The position numbers and the translations under genes are program-made. The notes under the pieces were generated by a model. That model saw only the letters and a program-made list of their open reading frames with translations, was not told the DNA's origin and searched no databases. This document shows positions 48,106 through 52,720 of a DNA stretch of 52,720 nucleotides, in pieces. Location of the stretch: NCBI GenBank assembly GCA_030535275.1, contig JAUNIQ010000003.1:1-52720 (forward strand), given 5' to 3'. Each line of letters starts with the position of its first letter. Within the stretch, counting starts at the first letter, position 1. Source of the DNA: Bacillota bacterium. GTDB lineage: Bacteria > Bacillota > Clostridia > Peptostreptococcales > Anaerovoracaceae.

Positions 48106-49163
48106 TAGCTGTAATAGGCGGAGTCAAGACATGCGTAAGTGTCAGAATGACGATGCCTGAAAGAGATATTGAAAAACAGAGAAAACAGGATGAAGAAGCG
48201 CTCCTGAATGCAGGCATCGATATTAACAACATGGGTGATGCCGAGGAGGACTCCGAGGACGCAAGATTCAGAAGATACTATGAAGGCAAGATGAGAGAAA
48301 TGGCCAGCGACAACTACTGGAACGAAGTGGGACTTGGCGGCGGCGATTTCGGTGGCTATCCTGTAATGACACCTGATGAGGATACTGACATCAGAGTGAG
48401 CAGCAGCGGGTGCAGCTATAATGTTGCACGCAGGCTGGGCGGCAGGACGGAGCTTGCTTTTGTATCAGTAGTAGGAAACGATGCGCTGGGCATGGCTGCA
48501 CTTTGCGAGCTGGAGAAGGCCGGCGTGGATGTTTCTGCGGTAAAGATTGCCGAGGGGGCAACTCCTGTAGGTGTTGAGCTGCACAATGTGGTGGGCGACC
48601 TGAACTTCCTCAGGGAGAACAATAGCCTCATGGGAGAGCTCAGCCCGAAGCTTATTGACGAGAGCGCGGAACTGCTGGACAGGGCAGATGTGATTTTCAT
48701 GGACGGAAGCCTGAGCGTTGAAACCATGAATTACGTTTCCGAAAAGTATGCGGATAAGTGCAAAATCTGCTTCGACCCGGCATCGATTAACGGCGGAAGC
48801 AGGTTTGCGGAATCAGACCTTAAGGCCTACCTGGTAATCCCGGGAAGGATGGAGGCCGAAGCAATGACGGGTCTTCAGATACTGGGAATGGATCAGCTCA
48901 TGGCTGCCGGAACGGCCCTTGAGGAAAGAGGCGTTAAGAATACAATTATCACCCTTAAGGGTGGCGGAATATATTACAGAGAAGGAACAGAGGCAGAGAT
49001 TATCAAGCCGGAAAAGGTTCTGTCCTTCGCGGATACTTCGGGAGCGGGAGATGTCCTTAGCGCCGAGGTGGTTTACCGTCTGAGTCTGGGCGACGATCTC
49101 GCCGTTGCCGCAAAGGCAGCCATGGACGAAACGGCGGAATACCTGAAGGAGGTAGCAAAATGA
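48102..49163 (+). CDS. PfkB-family kinase with a large insertion in the lid region
   Basis: MIAVIGG, YNVARRL, SVVGND, ITLKGGG, DTSGAGD. Confidence 0.83.
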   Translation: MIAVIGGVKTCVSVRMTMPERDIEKQRKQDEEALLNAGIDINNMGDAEEDSEDARFRRYYEGKMREMASDNYWNEVGLGGGDFGGYPVMTPDEDTDIRVSSSGCSYNVARRLGGRTELAFVSVVGNDALGMAALCELEKAGVDVSAVKIAEGATPVGVELHNVVGDLNFLRENNSLMGELSPKLIDESAELLDRADVIFMDGSLSVETMNYVSEKYADKCKICFDPASINGGSRFAESDLKAYLVIPGRMEAEAMTGLQILGMDQLMAAGTALEERGVKNTIITLKGGGIYYREGTEAEIIKPEKVLSFADTSGAGDVLSAEVVYRLSLGDDLAVAAKAAMDETAEYLKEVAK

Positions 49164-49807
49164 TAAAGTTTGATAATGTCAAGATTGCAAACAAAACCAA
49201 GATTGAAACTGTAATCAAGAATCTGGAAAAGCGTAATATCGCAGGATACTATGCCGAGAACAAAGAGGAAGCTCTGAAAATGCTTCTTAAGATGATTCCT
49301 GAAGGCTCGACAGTTGGCAAGGGCGGAAGTGAGACACTGAATCAGGTTGGAATAATTCCGATTCTGCAGAAGGGCAACTACACATACCTTGATTCTTTTG
49401 CATCAAGCGACATGAAGGAGCAGAAGGAAATCAAGAGAAAGATTTTCTATGCGGACTACATGCTTACAAGTGCCAATGCCATTACCATGGACGGTGAAAT
49501 TGTAAACATTGACGGAACTGGAAACAGAATGGCTGCAGTAATCTGGGGACCTGACAAGGTTATCTTCGTTGTGGGCTCCAATAAGATAGTAGGAAGTCTG
49601 GACGATGCCATAGGCAGAATCAAAAGCGATGCATGCCCGGCAAACTGTGTAAGACTCGGAAAGAAGACACCGTGTGTTGCAACAGGAAAGTGCGGAGACT
49701 GCATGTCCCTGGGCAACACCATCTGCTGCCACACTGTCATTACCAGATACTCAAGCATTCCTAAGAGAATGTATGTAATCATGGTTAACGAGGCTCTGGG
49801 CTTCTAG
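49160..49807 (+). CDS. LUD-domain (lactate utilization family) protein
   Basis: GGSETL, SANAITMDGEIVNIDGTGNR, GSNKIV, Cys-rich C-terminus. Confidence 0.88.
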   Translation: MIKFDNVKIANKTKIETVIKNLEKRNIAGYYAENKEEALKMLLKMIPEGSTVGKGGSETLNQVGIIPILQKGNYTYLDSFASSDMKEQKEIKRKIFYADYMLTSANAITMDGEIVNIDGTGNRMAAVIWGPDKVIFVVGSNKIVGSLDDAIGRIKSDACPANCVRLGKKTPCVATGKCGDCMSLGNTICCHTVITRYSSIPKRMYVIMVNEALGF

Positions 49808-49826
49808 ACACCACAAAAAAGAAATG

Positions 49827-49856
49827 AAGGTGCTGAATTATTTCAGCACCTTTTTT
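49827..49856. terminator. Terminator overlapping the 3' end of the convergent XRE gene
   Basis: AAGGTGCTGAA-TTAT-TTCAGCACCTT-TTTT. Confidence 0.8.
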
Positions 49857-50068
49857 ATTATGGGTTGGGAGTTGCTGGTTCGCCCAAGAATGTAATCTGT
49901 GGTCGTGTTGTAAAGATCGGCAAGGCGAATTACGGGCTCATCAGGGATGGTGCGGGTGCCTTTCTCGTATCTGCGGTAAACCTCGCGCTGTATTCCCAGA
50001 TAATAAGCCACGTATTCCTGAGTATAATCGTTGTCCAGTCTTAAATGTTCTATCCTTATATACTGCAT
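49838..50068 (-). CDS. Small XRE-family HTH regulator
   Basis: LRLDNDYTQEYVAYYLGIQREVYRRYEKG, TTDYILGRT; SD AAGGAG. Confidence 0.9.
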   Translation of the reverse strand: MQYIRIEHLRLDNDYTQEYVAYYLGIQREVYRRYEKGTRTIPDEPVIRLADLYNTTTDYILGRTSNSQPIIKKVLK

Positions 50069-50099
50069 TTCAAGCTCCTTAGCCTTTTCACAGCATTAA

Positions 50100-50150
50100 T
50101 GCTACCATTTGGAAGCATGGCTGATTGGGATTTGCTACCGTTTGGTTGCA
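50100..50150. promoter_or_regulatory. Two 18-bp palindromic operators upstream of the XRE gene
   Basis: TGCTACCATTTGGAAGCA 50100-50117 and TGCTACCGTTTGGTTGCA 50133-50150. Confidence 0.7.
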
Positions 50151-50327
50151 AAAACGGGCTATAAAGTGGTGCATTTGCCTTTGCATACAAGATATTGGGG
50201 CTTTTGCAAAGGCAGGACGGGGCATTATGGATACACCGAACAGAGTGTACAAAGAATGGGGCTCAAACCCATTGAAAACACTGGATTTTAGCTTAAAAGA
50301 AAGTAAAAAATAATTTCAAAAAAGTAC

Positions 50328-50356
50328 TTGATTTTGCTGCCGGCATTTGTTATGAT
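50328..50356 (+). promoter_or_regulatory. SigmaA promoter of the S10 operon
   Basis: TTGATT-17 bp-TATGAT with extended TG and upstream A tracts. Confidence 0.75.
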
Positions 50357-50364
50357 GATAAAGC

Positions 50365-50480
50365 TTGTGTAAGGCGAAGAAGTGGGAAGTTACCGCGCTA
50401 TCGGAGAATTTCCACCGAGAATTGTCCCCACATGATCGGGGGCGAAGGGATTCGCTGAATTTTTATTGTGCGTAACCTAA
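50365..50480 (+). ncRNA. Structured 5' leader of rpsJ (probable clostridial S10 ribosomal leader)
   Basis: About 250-nt UTR; GGCGAAGAAGTGGGAAGTTACCG...GAGAATTGTCC...GGGCGA resembles clostridial S10 leaders as I recall them; boundaries approximate. Confidence 0.55.
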
Positions 50481-50613
50481 TGGAAACACACATAAGAGTG
50501 TACGGAGCGTGCACGAGCAGGCAAAAACGCTCCAAACGCTTGAAAATTCAAGGCTAGAACCCCTTGTACAAGCATAGCGAAAACTGTACTAAAGCACGTT
50601 ATAGGAGGAAAAA

Positions 50614-50925
50614 ATGAGCGAATTACAGAAAATCAGAATTAAGCTTAAGGCTTATGACCACGCACTTCTGGATGCTTCAGCAGCAAAGATCGTTGAAACA
50701 GCACAGAAGACAGGCGCCGAAGTATCCGGCCCTATTCCGCTTCCAACGGAAAAAGAAGTTATCACTATCCTGAGAGCTGTTCACAAGTATAAGGATTCAA
50801 GAGAACAGTTCGAACAGAGAACACACAAGAGACTGATTGATATCACAAGCGCAACTGCTAAGACTACAGATGCACTTACTAAGCTGGACATGCCTGCCGG
50901 CGTTGATATCGAAATCAAGCTCTAA
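50614..50925 (+). CDS. rpsJ: 30S ribosomal protein S10
   Basis: [25 protein letters not shown]. Confidence 0.99.
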   Translation: MSELQKIRIKLKAYDHALLDASAAKIVETAQKTGAEVSGPIPLPTEKEVITILRAVHKYKDSREQFEQRTHKRLIDITSATAKTTDALTKLDMPAGVDIEIKL

Positions 50926-51066
50926 GTAAAGCGAAGGGAACTCACCCTTATTAAGGACGGCGCATGACATGGCCCGCAAGTTGACCGTAAGGCGGCCAGC
51001 GAGTTGCAAGGAAGCGAGGCAGATGGTGCTCCGGCCCGCTGTTAAGAAAGAGAGGAAAAATAAAAC

Positions 51067-51702
51067 ATGAAGACACTTTTAGGAAAGAAGCTGGGAATGA
51101 CTCAGATCTTTACTGAAGCAGGCGTAGTTGTTCCTGTAACAGTAGTAGAGGCAGGCCCTATGACAGTAACTCAGGTTAAGACTGTTGAAACTGACGGTTA
51201 TGACGGAGTTCAGGTTGGTTTTGAAGAAGCAAAGCCACAGAGAGTTAACAAGCCTATGACTGGTCACTTCGAAAAGGCTGGCGTAAAGCCAATGAAGCAC
51301 ATCATCGAGTTCAGACCTGACGAAGGCGACACTTACGAAGTTGGACAGGTTATCACAGTTGCTGAATTCGAAGAAGGCAAGAAGCTGGATGTAACCGGAA
51401 CTTCAAAGGGTAAGGGAACTCAGGGTAACATCAAGAGACACGGACACCACAGAGGTCCGATGAGCCACGGCTCAAAGCATAAGAGACTTGCTGGTGCACT
51501 GGCAGCAGGTACATACCCTTCAAGAGTATTCAAGGGTAACGCAGGTCCTGGAAGAATGGGACGTGAAACAGTGACAGTTCAGAACGTAGAACTGGTAAAA
51601 GTTATTGCAGATAGAAACCTTATGCTGATTAAGGGTGCTATTCCGGGACACAAGGACGGAATCGTTCGCATCCAGTACGCAGTAAAGGGACAGGATAAAT
51701 AA
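51067..51702 (+). CDS. rplC: 50S ribosomal protein L3
   Basis: GKKLGMTQIF, GTSKGKG, GPMSHGSK. Confidence 0.99.
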   Translation: MKTLLGKKLGMTQIFTEAGVVVPVTVVEAGPMTVTQVKTVETDGYDGVQVGFEEAKPQRVNKPMTGHFEKAGVKPMKHIIEFRPDEGDTYEVGQVITVAEFEEGKKLDVTGTSKGKGTQGNIKRHGHHRGPMSHGSKHKRLAGALAAGTYPSRVFKGNAGPGRMGRETVTVQNVELVKVIADRNLMLIKGAIPGHKDGIVRIQYAVKGQDK

Positions 51703-51726
51703 TGACTTCAGGAAGGAGGAAGTAAG

Positions 51727-52350
51727 ATGTCAAAAGTGACAATGTTAAACATGGCAGGCGCTGAGGCAGGTTCAATCGAACTGAAAGATGAAATCTTCGG
51801 AATCGAGCCAAATCAGAACGCAGTACATGCCGTAGTTAAGAACATATTAGCTAACAAGAGACAGGGCACACAGTCCGCTAAGACCAGAGCTGAAGTCAGA
51901 GGAGGCGGCAGAAAGCCTTTCAGACAGAAGGGAACAGGTCGTCACAGACAGGGTTCATCAACAGACCCATCACAGGTTGGAGGCGGTATCGTATTCGCAC
52001 CAAAGCCAAGAAGCTACAGATACACACTGCCTAAGAAGCTGAGAAGACTGGCAATGCTGTCAATGCTTTCATCAAAGGCTCAGGAAAAGGAACTGATCGT
52101 AATCGACGAAATCAAGTTCGACGAACCTAAGACTAAGGAAATGGTTAAGATGCTGGATGCAGTAAAGGCCGAAAAGAAAGCTTTAATCGTTATGGCTGAA
52201 AAGGACGAAAACGTTGTTAAGTCAGCAGCCAACATTCCGGGAGTTAGAACAGCACTGGTTGGAACAATGAACGTTTACGAAATCATTAACCACGGTAGCC
52301 TGATCCTGACTCAGGATGCAGTTAAGAAAATTGAGGAGGTGTACGCATAA
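51727..52350 (+). CDS. rplD: 50S ribosomal protein L4
   Basis: [28 protein letters not shown]. Confidence 0.99.
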   Translation: MSKVTMLNMAGAEAGSIELKDEIFGIEPNQNAVHAVVKNILANKRQGTQSAKTRAEVRGGGRKPFRQKGTGRHRQGSSTDPSQVGGGIVFAPKPRSYRYTLPKKLRRLAMLSMLSSKAQEKELIVIDEIKFDEPKTKEMVKMLDAVKAEKKALIVMAEKDENVVKSAANIPGVRTALVGTMNVYEIINHGSLILTQDAVKKIEEVYA

Positions 52351-52640
52351 TGAAGACTCCTTACGATGTAATAATCAAGCCTGTAATCTCCGAAAGATCA
52401 ATGGAAGATGCACAGAAGAAAAAGTACACATTCAAGGTTGCCGTTGACGCAAACAAGACAGAAGTCAAGCATGCGGTTGAGGAAATCTTCGATGTAGAAG
52501 TTAAGAAAGTTAACATGATGAACGTTGTAGGTAAGCAGAAGAGAATGGGAAGATACGTTGGAACGACTGCTGCAACTAAGAAGGCAATCGTAACACTTAC
52601 TGCAAGTAGTAAGGAAATCGAATTCTTCCAGAGTCTGTAA
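52350..52640 (+). CDS. rplW: 50S ribosomal protein L23
   Basis: [25 protein letters not shown]. Confidence 0.99.
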   Translation: MKTPYDVIIKPVISERSMEDAQKKKYTFKVAVDANKTEVKHAVEEIFDVEVKKVNMMNVVGKQKRMGRYVGTTAATKKAIVTLTASSKEIEFFQSL

Positions 52641-52658
52641 TACAGGAGGTAAGACGAA

Positions 52659-52720
52659 ATGGGAATTAAAAAATACAATCCGACCACTCCTGGTTTAAGA
52701 GGAATGACGGTTTCTACATT
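52659..52720 (+). CDS. rplB: 50S ribosomal protein L2, 5' fragment cut by window edge
   Basis: SD AGGAGGT; MGIKKYNPTTPGLRGMTVST; S10 operon gene order. Confidence 0.97.
   Translation, partial: MGIKKYNPTTPGLRGMTVST

Noticed and set aside
50109-50313. Two ~60-aa plus-strand ORFs upstream of the S10 promoter
   Set aside because: No SD, they overlap operators and a hairpin, and have no protein-like features

Overview
Chromosomal window from an anaerobic, amino-acid-fermenting Clostridia-class firmicute; Anaerovoracaceae/Family XIII-like is my inference from gene content and is unverified. It runs from a two-subunit CoA-transferase to the start of the S10 ribosomal operon. It carries a divergent Ser/Thr kinase-HTH module with its own operator, rubrerythrin, several peptidases and lipoproteins, AlaX, a DnaA-box cluster, a GT2/YfhO pair, and a PdxR-like regulator opposite an ECF operon. 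A ~16 kb sigma54-controlled peptide/amino-acid oxidation island follows, with two -24/-12 promoters, a shared AATTCA-N4-TGAATT operator, and an activator split by a 7-bp tandem duplication. The most unusual element is at 45.1-46.3 kb: three exactly 50-bp units with 8-bp inverted ends (TTAGACCA-N34-TGGTCTAA) and unrelated but self-complementary interiors, directly upstream of an uncharacterised PD-(D/E)xK/Vsr-like nuclease-fold gene. No rRNA, tRNA, CRISPR array, transposase or integrase was seen. All calls come from reading motifs by eye; no searches were run.
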